DNA from: Eledone cirrhosa
Taxonomy: Eukaryota
Length of the DNA stretch: 64,000 bases
Reading direction: 5' to 3'
Assembly: GCA_964016885.1 (NCBI GenBank)
Contig: OZ024751.1
Location: 18,786,001 to 18,850,000, forward strand
Shown: positions 1 through 12,479 of the stretch, piece by piece
Layout of the letters: every line of letters begins with the position of its first letter
How positions within the stretch are numbered: the first letter of the stretch is position 1
Program-made: the position numbers and the translations under genes
Notes under the pieces: model-generated
The model's database searches: none
Told to the model about the DNA's origin: nothing
What the model saw: only the letters and a program-made list of their open reading frames with translations

Positions 1-191
1 CGCCACCCATCTTATCTGTATTAACTCATCAAACGAAGATCACAGCTGTTTATGTTTCCTCTCCTATCTGATGGTCGTCTTCTGACTTAAAACATTTCCA
101 CCCTAAAACCTTTCTCTCCCCCTCTCTCTATCCCTTCACACGCTTTCCTTCTCTTTCTCTATATATTTCCTACTCACCCTGTCCCTTTACT

Positions 192-235
<44 letters not shown>

Positions 236-738
236 ATATGTTAAATACATACATACATACATACATACACACACACGTATTTATACATATACACATACAT
301 ACGTTGATACACACACTCATATATATATATATATATACATATATACAAGGTACCCCCCTCCCCCCCCCCCGCCGCTTGTGTCTGTGATGGCAAGTGTGAC
401 ACACACACACACTCTCTATCTCTCTATCCCACACACACTCACACACACACACATATATATATATATATGTGTGTGTGTGTGTATATGTGTATGATATATG
501 TATGTATATATATATATTTATTAAAATAACAGATTAAAGTCTTCATATTTAATATTATTACTATATATATATATATGTATATATATATGTGTGTGTGTGT
601 GTGTGATATATATGTTTATATATATGTATGTGTGTGTGTGATATATATATGTTTATATATATGTATGTGTGTGTGTGAGATATATATATGTGTATGTATG
701 ATACATATATATATATATATATCACTCTTTCCGTCTCC

Positions 739-840
<102 letters not shown>

Positions 841-875
841 TATATATATATATGTGAGTATATATATATATTTAT

Positions 876-919
<44 letters not shown>

Positions 920-941
920 ACTCTTTCCGTCTCATTCTCTG

Positions 942-985
<44 letters not shown>

Positions 986-1559
986 TGTGGGAGAGAGAGA
1001 GAGAGAGAGTGTGTGTGTGTGTCACACTTGCTTTCACCCTACCTCTACCAAACTATCAATCTGATTTTGTTTCATCTTCGATAAAAATAATTTAGGAGTT
1101 CATCTCAAGATCTCTAAATCTACCTAATAGGACATTTTTTCTTTCTTCCTCTGGTCACCAATCCCTGCCTCACCTTCAGACATCAAACAACATCACTACC
1201 ACTGCTACTACCATCACCACCAACCCCACCGCCATCAGCCCATCGCTACTAATACATACATCACCACCACCACCACTGTCATCATCCCCATAGCCACCAC
1301 CATCCCAACCCATATGCACACTACTATCATCACAGCCAACACCATCATCATCACCAACACCAACGTAAGCACCAAAGACAAATCACCATCACCACAACCA
1401 CTAATATTACAACCACCAACGCTACCACCTCCAACACGACTCTCAACACCGTCACCACTACCACCGCCTCCACCATAGCATCACGATCGACACACCACCA
1501 CCACCACCAGCATCGCCATCACCATCACCATCACCATCACCACTACCATCGCCACCACA

Positions 1560-2570
1560 ACCACCACCATATGAACCCCGCTATCAACACTACAACCACC
1601 ATCACCACCACCACCACCAACATCACTATCCCCACCACCACCACCACCAACATCACTATCAACACTACCACCACCACCATCATCACTATCAACATTACCA
1701 CCACCACCACCACCACCACCACCACCAACATCACTATCAACACCACCGCCACCACCACCAACATAACTATCCCCACCACCACCACCACCACCAACATCAC
1801 TATCAACACTACCACCACCACCATCATCACTATCAACATTACCACCACCACCACCACCACCACCACCACCACCACCACCACTAACATCACTATCAACACC
1901 ACCGCCACCACCACCAACATCACTATCCCCACCACCACCACCACCAACATCACTATCAACACTACCACCACCACCAACATCACTATCAACACTACCACCA
2001 CCACCACCAACATCACTATCCCCACCACCACCACCAACATCACTATCAACACCACCGCCACCACCACCACCAACATCACTATCCCCACCACCACCACCAC
2101 CAACATCACTATCAACACTACCACCACCACCATCATCACTATCAACATTACCACCACCACCACCACCACGACCAACATCACTATCAACACTACCACCACC
2201 ACCACCAACATCACTATCAACACCACCACCACCACCACCAACATCACTATCCCTACCACCACCACCACCAACATCACTATCAACACTACCACCACCACCA
2301 ACATCACTATCAACACTACCACCGCCACCACCACCACCACGACCAACATCACTATCAACACTACCACCACCACCACCAACATCACTATCCCCACCACCAC
2401 CACCAACATAATTATCAACACCACCACCACCAACATCACTATCAACACCACGACCACCATCATCACAACCACCACTACCACCACCACCAATATCACAACC
2501 ACCACTACCACCACCACCACCACCACCACCATCATCACAACCACCACTACCACCACCACCATCATGAACA
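1560..2570. repeat. (ACC)n-derived minisatellite, ~27-33 bp unit ACCACCACCAACATCACTATC(AAC/CCC)
   Basis: Unit visibly reiterated about 30 times; stop-free in several frames only because of its composition. Confidence 0.9.
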
Positions 2571-2949
2571 GTGCTATCAACACTATTATCAACACCACTA
2601 ATAGCAAGACTGTTAGAACCACTCACCACCACCACCACCACCACCACCACTAATAACCAAAGTGATTTAGTGATTTACCAATAACACTATAGCACAATTA
2701 GTAGTTCAAACAACAACAACAGCAACAACAACAACAACAACACAGAGAAGAGGTACTTACAGTTGTAACAGCTGCAATTAAAATCACTATCAAGATTCCT
2801 AACCACCACCACTACCTCCCAAACCACCTCACCACTATCAACTCCACCACCAACACCACCAATACCAATACCACCGAAACCACTATCAATACCACCAACA
2901 CCACAAACACTACTAATTCTACTAACACCTACACCACCATCAACACCAC

Positions 2950-3240
2950 AAACATCATACACAGCACCAACACCAATACCACTACCAAAACCATCATCCC
3001 AACTACCACCTACACTACCACAAACACCAGACACAGCACAAACACCAATACCACTATCAAAACCACCATCCCAACTACCACCTACACCACCACAAACACC
3101 ACACACAGCACCAACACCAATACCACTACCAAAACCACCATCCCAACTACCACCTACACCACCACAAACACTACACACAGCATCAACACCAATACCACTA
3201 CCAAAACCACCATCCCAACTACCACCTACACCACCACAAA
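2950..3240. repeat. ~60 bp tandem repeat (CAATACCACTACCAAAACCACCATCCCAACTACCACCTACACCACCACAAAC...)
   Basis: 4-5 copies in register on consecutive 60-nt lines. Confidence 0.85.
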
Positions 3241-4191
3241 CCTAATCAACAACACCTACGTTACTAAACAACCATGAAACTACCACCAACACCACTACCA
3301 GCTACATCACCATCAACACCACAAACAGCACCAAAACCACAACACTACCACCCACACCACCATCAACACCAATACCACTACCGATACCACTACCACCAGT
3401 ACGACTACCACCTACACCACAAACAGCACCAACACCAAAAACACTACCACCCACATCACCACAAACACCACACACAACCCCAACACCAACATCACTACCA
3501 AAACCACCACCACCACTACCACTACCACCTACACCATCACAAACACCACCACCAACACCATCACAAACACTAACACCACCACCATCACTACCAAACTACC
3601 ACCACTACCACCACTACCACCAACACCATCACTACCATACTACCATGACCACCAAACTACCCCCACCACCATCACTACCACCATCACCATCACTACCATA
3701 CTACCGCCAGCACCGCCACTACAACCAACACCATCACTACCAAACTACCAGCACCACCACTACAACCAACACCATCACTACCAAACTACCCCACTCCACC
3801 ACTACCAAACTACCCCACTCCGCCACTACCACCAACACCATCACTACCAAACTACTCCACCCCCACCCTCACTACCACTACCACCAACACCATCACTACC
3901 ATACTACCACCACCACTACCACCACTACCACCACTCCCACCCACCCCACCACCATCACCCCCACCCCAGCCCCCAACACCACCACCACTAACAACAACAA
4001 CAATTGTAACCAACACGATATCAACCGATAAGAAGTTAATAAGGACAACTTACATCGATCTGCCATTGAGATCAAAGGTGAAATCGGTGTAAACAGACTT
4101 TGACCAGTATATCACTATATATAGGCTTGACCATCACAACATTAATATATATCGTTGACCACCATAACACTAATATATAGTACTGACCATA

Positions 4192-4378
4192 ATAACTGTT
4201 TCTACCTTTTGGCACAAGGCCAGCAATTATCCAGTGCATTACTGGTACTTTTATTTTATCGACCCCGTAAGGATGAAAGGCAAAGTTAACTTCGGCGGGA
4301 TTTGAACTCTGAATGGCAAGGGCCGTAACTCTATGCGTCAAAGCATGGTGTCCGATCCTCTACCGATACTGCTAACAC
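4192..4378 (-). mobile_element. tRNA-derived SINE, family A, near full length
   Basis: Reverse complement of the family consensus: A-box-like TGGCAGTATCGG, B-box GAGTTCAAATCC, core CTTTGCCTTTCATCCTTACGGGGTCGATAAAATAAAGTACCAG, tail GGCCTTGTGCCAAAAGTAGAAACAATT. Confidence 0.9.
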
Positions 4379-4379
4379 C

Positions 4380-5070
4380 AATATATAATGTTGACCATAA
4401 CAACACTAATATATAATATTGACCATCTTATCACTACTTCCATCATAACACTAATATATAGTAGTGACCATAGCAACACCAATATATAGCCTTGACCACC
4501 ATAACACTAATATATAGTATTGATCATAGCAACACTAATATATAGTACTGACCATCATAACACTAATATATAGTAGTGACCATAGCAACACCAATATATA
4601 GCCTTGACCACCATAACACTAATATGTAGTATTGATCATAGCAACACTAATATATAGTACTGACCATCATAACACTAATATATAGTAGTGACCATAGCAA
4701 CACCAATATATAGCCTTGAACACCATAACACTAATATGTAGTATTGATCATAGCAACACTAATATATAGTACTGACCATCATAACACTACCACCATGATA
4801 CTAATATATAGTAGTGACCATCATAACAACACCAATATATAGCCTTGACCACCATAACACCAATATATAGTACTGACCATCATAAGATTACCACCATGAT
4901 ACTAATATATAGTAGTGACCATAACAACACCAATATATAGCCTTGACCACAATAACACTAATATATAGTATTGATCATCATAACACTATCACCATAATAC
5001 TAATATGTAATACAGACCATAACAACACCAATATATAGTAGTGACCGACCATAACAACATCAATATATAC
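4380..5070. repeat. ~25 bp minisatellite GACCA(TC)ATAACACTAATATATAGTA with higher-order ~105 bp period
   Basis: More than 20 visible units; the variant order (gtagtgacc / gccttgacc / gtattgatc / gtactgacc) recurs. Confidence 0.9.
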
Positions 5071-5072
5071 CA

Positions 5073-5312
5073 CTAAGGCGGGTAAAATTCACGAGATCCA
5101 TGGACGAGTTCTCTCCAGCGGTCTCTGTCCTTCATTATCGCTGCCATGTCCTGCGTCTCCAACAGACCAGTGTCTGTCCTTAGAGCATCAACATACGTTA
5201 ACCTTGGTCTTCCTCTTCTAGTGTGTCCATGTAGGGGCTCCCAAAGGAGCACTGAGTGCAATGTCAACTCTGGATGTCGGTGAGCATGTCCAGCTAACCT
5301 CAGTCTCCTCTG
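5073..5312 (-). mobile_element. RTE-clade LINE, 5'-truncated C-terminal ORF fragment
   Basis: Translates RRLRLAGHAHRHPELTLHSVLLWEPLHGHTRRGRPRLTYVDALRTDTGL...MKDRDRWRELV*, the typical RTE C-terminal RL.(W/L)AGH..R / R.RGRP / DR..WR signature. Confidence 0.85.
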
Positions 5313-5342
5313 TATATATATATATATAGAGAGAGAGAGAAA

Positions 5343-5480
5343 GATCAGAATGGAGGTGGTAAAAACCAGTTACACCATTACTCACAAGAGTACTCGATAC
5401 TTGGGGTAGTAGAGTGGATAATATGAAAAATTCAGGGCCACGACGGCTGAGCTCCAGCCGTTTCAACAGCTAGATCCAAT
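5343..5480 (-). mobile_element. PLE pLTR-like fragment, 'GAGCTC' family (3' half of hammerhead plus tail)
   Basis: Minus strand reads CTGTT-GAAAC-GGCTGGAGCTCAGCC-GTC, then a tail homologous to 32140-32210 and 33355-33430; microsatellite flanks. Confidence 0.65.
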
Positions 5481-5775
5481 TATATATATATATATATATA
5501 TAATATATATACATACATATACATATACATACATATATATATATATACATACATATATGTGTGTATTGAACAATAAGAATAAAACAAGATAGGTTCTGAA
5601 GATAGGTTCTGAAACAGTTCTTGATTTACGATCGTTTCAGAGTGTTGATTGATCATGGTTGATCGACATATCACCTAGCAGGTAGAGGTTATGTCACTAC
5701 CTATTTCTAGTCCTGAAACACCTGATCTATACAAACAAATGTGTGTGTATATATATATATACTAACATTACAAGG

Positions 5776-5860
5776 GGTCCGACGAGCCGCAGATTACAGA
5801 GTCAGGTAAGATCGATACAGATCGAACCTTGAGCTGATCAGTGGCGAAACGCGCGTCACC
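5776..5860 (+). ncRNA. Type-I hammerhead ribozyme motif (core variant CCGACGA) in a pLTR-like insert 5763-6015
   Basis: GGT-CCGACGA-GCCGC...GTGGC-GAAAC-GCGC-GTC-ACC, then AATAAA at 5865; stems I (GGT/ACC) and II pair; palindromic loop III. Confidence 0.75.
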
Positions 5861-6045
5861 AATCAATAAATATAATGAAGAAGTAACCAATCGTCCTTGT
5901 TATCTTTTCACTATAATACACTCTGTATAGCTCTACACCTCGACACAGAAGTGAACCTAAACATCGAGTGCTCACCCGAGTGAACCTGCAGTAACTCCAA
6001 GTTACACTCCCTGGATATATATATATATTTATATATATATATATA

Positions 6046-6322
6046 TAGTTATGTAATAAAACAACATAAGATAATTATTTCATTTACCAGTGGTTTCTTG
6101 AACGCAAATGTTATGTCTGTCTTCAGTCGTCAGAATGAATAAATAACATGGTGTTTTTATTAGATATGGATTTTCTGACGACTGAAGACAGACATAACAC
6201 CTGCCTTCAAGAAACCACTGGTAAATGAAATAATTATCTTATGTTGTTTATTACATAACTAATAAGGTCTGTAGCCTTCATGTAGCAGTCTTTTTCCTGT
6301 ACCTTTCCAACGGAAATACTTC
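6046..6322. mobile_element. Fold-back PLE-type insert: arms 6046-6135 / 6173-6261, right tail; hammerhead core in each arm
   Basis: Arms are near-perfect reverse complements; minus strand of left arm reads TTCATT-CTGACGA-stem II-GAAAC-CACTG-GTA-AATGAA; (TA)n on both sides. Confidence 0.85.
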
Positions 6323-6338
6323 ATATATATATATATAT

Positions 6339-6736
6339 ATTAAGAAATAAACCAAAGAAGCCTTCAATACATCCAAAAGTCTTTATTAGCCAACAATGTT
6401 TCGTCCTATTAAGGACTCATCAGGGTAAGTAAAGCTATAAGAAGCACTATCGGCCAATACAAGCCAAAAACTCAGAAGAATGTATGTATACTCCATATTC
6501 TTCTTAGTTTTTGGCTTGTATTGGCCGATAGTGCTTCTTATAGCTTTACTTGCCCTGATGAGTCCTTAATAGGACGAAACATTGTTGGCTAATAAAGACT
6601 TTTGGATGTATTGAAGGCTTCTTTGGTTCATTTCTTAATTCTTCGGCTCTGTTTAATTACATTGAGCTATACCTTTACTGTCATTTCTATAATATGAAGA
6701 GGGTGTTTAACTCCAACACACTCTAGTATTTTAATT

Positions 6737-6738
<2 letters not shown>
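6339..6738. mobile_element. Fold-back PLE-type insert: arms 6339-6481 / 6497-6639, ~100 bp right tail
   Basis: ~143 bp inverted arms with about 3 mismatches; (TA)n flanks; hammerhead in both arms. Confidence 0.9.
6552..6589 (+). ncRNA. Minimal type-I hammerhead ribozyme
   Basis: GCC-CTGATGA-GTCC-TTAATA-GGAC-GAAAC-ATT-GTT-GGC, then AATAAA at 6591; textbook core and stem II; mirror copy on the minus strand at ~6388-6426. Confidence 0.85.
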
Positions 6739-6774
<36 letters not shown>

Positions 6775-6993
6775 TGAAAACGAAGGGAATTTCTTAAGTG
6801 TGATGACCTAGGTTTTACATAAGTGACATGAACTGGCACGACCTAACAAAGGAATTTGAGCCCAGGAAGTTTGAGCTCAATGGAAAATAGTTATGTGAAT
6901 GTGTGTTTGTATGTGACATTGAGTATCTCTAAGTGACTGTGCGGTAGTGAATGACATGCATGTACGTATATATGTATTTTATGTAAGTATGTA

Positions 6994-7021
<28 letters not shown>

Positions 7022-7030
<9 letters not shown>

Positions 7031-7089
7031 AAAGTTTGTCCTTCATCAGTGATCTTCCAACCATCATAGGCATTTCATCGCTTTAAAGA

Positions 7090-7120
<31 letters not shown>

Positions 7121-7208
7121 GACAATGCCTATGATGGTTGGAAGATCGCTGATGAAGGACAAACTTTTTTCATATGTAACCCATTTGTAACTCCGCAGCG
7201 CCTTTATT

Positions 7209-7212
<4 letters not shown>
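7022..7212. mobile_element. Fold-back insert: arms ~7022-7074 / 7124-7175, poly-T in loop, right tail
   Basis: ATATGAAAAAAGTTTGTCCTTCATCAG...GGCATT versus its reverse complement; CTGATGA at 7149 without a complete GAAA half; (TA)n flanks. Confidence 0.8.
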
Positions 7213-7287
<75 letters not shown>

Positions 7288-8110
7288 GCATGTATATACT
7301 TTATATATTGACTTATTTATGAATGTATGCATGTACCTACGTACGTATGTATCTATGTATATACGTACATATGTATATATGAATCTATATATTTATGTAT
7401 ATATGTTTGTATGCTTATATGTATATATGAATCTGTATACTTTTGTATGCATGTATGTATGTATATATGTATGTGTGAGAAAGTTTTTCCGCATGTGTTT
7501 AAGTGCGCGTAACGTTTACATATGTAAATGTATGTGCGTGTGTAGCTACCATTTGCGAAACCATTTTATCGTCATCGATAAGATGTGAAAGCATCTGACA
7601 CTTATTACAAGTAAGACCCAATACATCAATAGATCAATAGATCAATAATGTCCCTTGATTACAGAGAAAGCTAATGGAGCCTTTATTTCACCCATACGAA
7701 CATATGCAGCCGCGCACATTCACTCAAACCTTCTCAAATATATAGTTTTATGTATAATTATACCTACGTACATGTAAGTATACGGTAGGGTTTCTTTCAC
7801 ACACGTATTCAAGTACATGTATACATGTAGAGTTTTGTATACAAATATGTCTACGCATATATACACATGTATCTATGTATGTTTCACACAAACACATAAA
7901 CACACACATTTGCGAGCTCCACATATATATATAAATACATTTCCACTGACATTCACGTATATATATTAGATATATACATACATATATGCATTCTATTATA
8001 CATAAATGCACCCATGCATAGAGTCGTATATGTATAAACAAATATATATATATATATATATATATAACAGATTAAAGTTTAAGCAAAGTAATCGTTGCTT
8101 TCACCCTTAC

Positions 8111-8147
<37 letters not shown>

Positions 8148-8372
8148 TATAATAGAGGGGAGGGAGAGATATTCTGAGGGGTGATGCAGTGTGGGTATAG
8201 AATATAGGTAAATCCCCAGCGGTACCAAGCGGTTTCGATTTGTGTGTTGAGCAAGCCTTTCCAGGGGCTGAACACACGAGCGGAAAACACTATACCTTGG
8301 TTGTGATATATATATATATATATGATCACAAGTCTTTTTCATTTTCCATCTTCTATTTCTGAATGTGAAACT

Positions 8373-8429
<57 letters not shown>

Positions 8430-8431
<2 letters not shown>

Positions 8432-8726
8432 ATAATAATAAAATTGAAGACTAAAATCCATAGAGGGCTCGATAAGGAAAGTATATATCAAATATATAAG
8501 AACCGTAGAGCAAATATTTATTAAAATAACAGATTAAAGTTTAAGCAAAGAATCGCTGCTTTGCCAGCGAACGTTACCACGAACCAAAGTATCGTCTTCC
8601 TGTCTTCCTCCGGTTGCAACGTTTTTTGAAATATCCAGTTCTGCGTTTACAGATTGACTTTGTTAGTTTCAGAAGATCCCGTTAAGGGTGAAAGCAGCGA
8701 TTCTTTGCTTAAACTTTAATCTGTTA

Positions 8727-8733
<7 letters not shown>
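8430..8733. mobile_element. Fold-back insert: arms 8520-8562 / 8691-8733, left tail; degenerate hammerhead
   Basis: Perfect ~43 bp inverted arms; CAGAAGA-TCCC-GTTAA-GGGT-GAAA at 8670-8693; further fragments of the family at ~516-541 and ~8064-8110. Confidence 0.75.
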
Positions 8734-8793
<60 letters not shown>

Positions 8794-9148
8794 AAGACTT
8801 GTCATGAAGAGGAAACACAGAGTACTGTATAAAAAAATGGTGAGCTCATGTGCGAGGGTACAGTAAAATAGTTTATAAAATAGAGTAAAAAGCCTTAAAG
8901 ACGGAAAAAGTAGTTACCATCGGCCGCTCTGATGTATCGATCCCAATTATCAGATATGGGTTCGATTCCTCATAGCGTCCGATGGCTCTTCACTCTATTT
9001 TCTAAGATATATTGAGGCATTTCTACGCAAGAACACACCATTGTTTATATTGACTTTAACAAGCCAGCGCTTCGTAAAAGTCTGAGAGATCGGCTACGTT
9101 TATAGCGAAACGTATGTTATAGAACTTGTAAGATGAAAACATGACATC

Positions 9149-9309
9149 AAACCCCCAAAAGATTATGAAAAATACCGCAAACCATTTTGTACGACATTAT
9201 AATGGGTAATTGCTGGCCTTGTGCCAAAAGTGGAAACAATTATAATGGCAGTCATTATAATGTCGTACAAAATGGTTTGCGGTATTTTTAATAATCTTTT
9301 TGGAGTTTG
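9149..9309. repeat. ~55 bp inverted repeat with a SINE 3' fragment inserted in the loop
   Basis: CAAAAGATTATGAAAAATACCGCAAACCATTTTGTACGACATTATAATG versus its reverse complement; SINE tail 9204-9238 flanked by direct ATTATAATG. Confidence 0.8.
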
Positions 9310-9342
9310 GTTTCTTATCCCAATGATGTCATGGGATGTGAA

Positions 9343-9547
9343 GGCGGTGATTTTGGCAATATCGTTAGAGGGTCGGACGCCATGCTTTCCAGCATAGTTA
9401 CGTCCCTTTACGGTCTGAGTTCAAATCCTGTCGAGGTTAACTCTGCCTTTCATCGTTACGGGGGTCGATAAAATAATACCAGTAATACCCTGGAACCAGT
9501 AATACCCTGGAACAATTGCTGGCCTTGTGCCAAAAGTAGAAACAATT
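9343..9547 (+). mobile_element. SINE family A, full length, with internal 17 bp duplication
   Basis: Matches the consensus; ACCAGTAATACCCTGGA is duplicated. Confidence 0.9.
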
Positions 9548-10337
9548 TTAATGACGCTGCTAATCCTATGTCCGAAGAACTTGATTAAACAATGAAAAAA
9601 TAATTGAAACGAAACACAACTGTTGAGTCTGTTTATATTGGCAGGCTGGCCACATGAAGGTATAACAATATCTGTTATAAGATTTCACACCAAGAAACTT
9701 GCAAAAATGCATCCATTTACTTATTTACTTGTTCTGTCATTCACTCCCTTTCACTTTCCTCCTCTCTCATATATATATATACACACACACACATAAATAC
9801 ACATAAGCATATACGTTTGTGTGTGTATATATATATATATATATATACACATACACACACACACACGTGTATGTATATATATAATCGAAGTAGAGAATTT
9901 GAGAATGTTTAAAAGCAACCAAGAGATTATTGATAAAACTGACATATTTGTTAAATATTAAGACATTTTTAGCTGTCACTGACACACACAGACACTCACA
10001 CAAACATATATATATCAAATATTTACACATATATATGAATATAATGTATATATATATATATATACGTATATATATACACGTATATATATACACGTATATA
10101 TATATATATATATTTATATATCAAATACATACACATATATATACATATATATATATATCAACTACATACACCTATATATATATTCATAGATATATAGATA
10201 TATATATCAAATACATACACATATATATACATATATATATATCAAATACACCCATATATATATTCATAGATATATATAGATATATATATCAAATACATAC
10301 ACATATATATAAATATATACATATATATATTTATATA

Positions 10338-10398
<61 letters not shown>

Positions 10399-10441
10399 AA
10401 GACATACACATATGTATCAACTACATACATACATATCAAAT

Positions 10442-10511
<70 letters not shown>

Positions 10512-10662
10512 ACAGAAGCTAATGTTTTTCCATACTTAATATAATGCATAAATTCTCATTTGTAGTTTCTTTTATTGAATTCTTGTCACTTTTTTTCAAC
10601 CGAAACAAATATAAAAGATAATAATAATAACAATCATTACTATTATTATAAATATTATTATT

Positions 10663-10736
<74 letters not shown>

Positions 10737-11003
10737 CTCATAACTTATAGTTTTGTCTTTCGTTATTGACGCATTGGAAGACGATCTTTTGATTGGTTTC
10801 GGGTGGATCGAAGTTATCTTGTTCATCAAGATCAGGTTTGATAGATTGATATATTGATACATCGATCTTACCGATAAGAAAAATAGAAACACTTAAAAGC
10901 GTTTTATTACTGATTTAATTCCGTATTGATTTGAGAATATTTCTGTCTTTTGTGAAATATGAATTTCGTCCAGAAATACATGTTTTCATTGTCGGTGTGA
11001 GTG

Positions 11004-11047
<44 letters not shown>

Positions 11048-11100
11048 AGTGTGTGTGTGCGCGTGTGTATGTGTGTGTGGGGAGTACGTGTGTGTGTGTG

Positions 11101-11155
<55 letters not shown>

Positions 11156-11217
11156 GTATATATATATATTTATATATAAATATATATACATTCATTTATA
11201 TATATATATATACATTC

Positions 11218-11290
<73 letters not shown>

Positions 11291-11368
11291 CATATACATG
11301 TGTATATATACATATATATACATATGTACATATATATATGAGTGTATGTATATATATATATGTGTGTG

Positions 11369-11434
<66 letters not shown>

Positions 11435-11451
11435 TACATATGCATATATAC

Positions 11452-11489
<38 letters not shown>

Positions 11490-11550
11490 ATATATATATG
11501 TGTGTGTATATATATATATATAGATAGATATAGATATAGACATATAGATA

Positions 11551-11973
11551 GATAAATATAGACGGGTGTGTAAGATTGTGTATAGAAGATTATATTAATA
11601 AAAGGAATTCCAACTTTGTCTGATTTACTCATTTTATTTACAATCCTTAAAAATTTATAATGGTTTTATAATGAAATAGTATGATAGAATATTAAATGTT
11701 AAGTGTTAATTGAACAAGTACTTTCATGGTTTCGCACTCTTCAGGTTCATAATGTGTGGTGACAGTCAAGTTTGCAATTTTCAACAGTTGAAAATTGCAA
11801 ACTTGACTGTCACCACACATTATGAACCTGAAGATTGCGAAACCATGAAAGTACTTGTTCAATTAACACTTAACATTTAATATTCTATCATACTATTTCA
11901 TTATAAAACCATTATAAATTTTTAAGGATTGTAAATAAAACGAGTAAATCAGACAAAGTTGGAATTCCTTTTA

Positions 11974-11980
<7 letters not shown>
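11551..11980. mobile_element. Near-perfect 390 bp palindrome (arms 11591-11785 / 11787-11980) plus 40 bp left tail
   Basis: Centre TTTTCAAC-A-GTTGAAAA; about 2 mismatches; reduced hammerhead-like GAAC-CTGAAGA-TTGC-GAAAC-CATG at ~11824-11847; same family as 54476-54703. Confidence 0.92.
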
Positions 11981-12012
<32 letters not shown>

Positions 12013-12089
12013 CTATGTATATATGTACGTATGTTCGTTTATTCTTTAGTAGAAAAGATGGAAGTCGTTTATCTGTTTATCTTTCCAGC

Positions 12090-12213
12090 TACTTAATTCT
12101 ATTGACAACACAATGATGAAAGAAGAAGTTGACTTGGGCGGGATTTGAACTGTGTATGAAGAAAGTATTGCAAATCATTGGTTCCGACCCTCTACTGATA
12201 CTGCCAATCCACC
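12090..12213 (-). mobile_element. SINE family A, diverged 5' part
   Basis: GGCGGGATTTGAAC and TCCGACCCTCTACTGATACTGCCAATCCACC match the head. Confidence 0.75.
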
Positions 12214-12440
12214 TACTACTACTACCACCAATACTACTATTACTGCGACGACGACAAGAAGAAAAAGAACAACAACAACAACCACAACAACAACAACAAA
12301 AACAACAACCACAAAAACAACAAAAACAGCCGCCAAAACAGCCACAATAACCACAACAACAACAACCACAACCACCAAAACAACAACCACAACAACCACA
12401 ACAACAACCACCAAAACAAAAAGAACAACCACAACCACTA

Positions 12441-12479
<39 letters not shown>

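Noticed and set aside
1481-2653. 360-389 aa ORFs (Thr-rich mucin-like with N-x-T sequons; Gly- or Val-rich on the minus strand)
   Set aside because: An ACC-derived minisatellite open in several frames on both strands; NxT arises trivially from AAC within ACC runs; no signal peptide or splice support
4380-5070. CRISPR-like ~25 bp repeats
   Set aside because: Contiguous tandem units with no unique spacers
10740-10900. Minus-strand open stretch FLIGKIDVSIYQSIKPDLDEQDNFDPPETNQKIVFQCVNN
   Set aside because: Short, no homology recognised, no clear splice boundaries
11551-11980. MITE/Foldback DNA transposon or miRNA precursor interpretation of the palindromes
   Set aside because: The one-sided tails, variable inner junctions, unfolded copies, hammerhead motifs and shared termini with a PLE favour a retro-origin; the stems are too long and perfect for pre-miRNA
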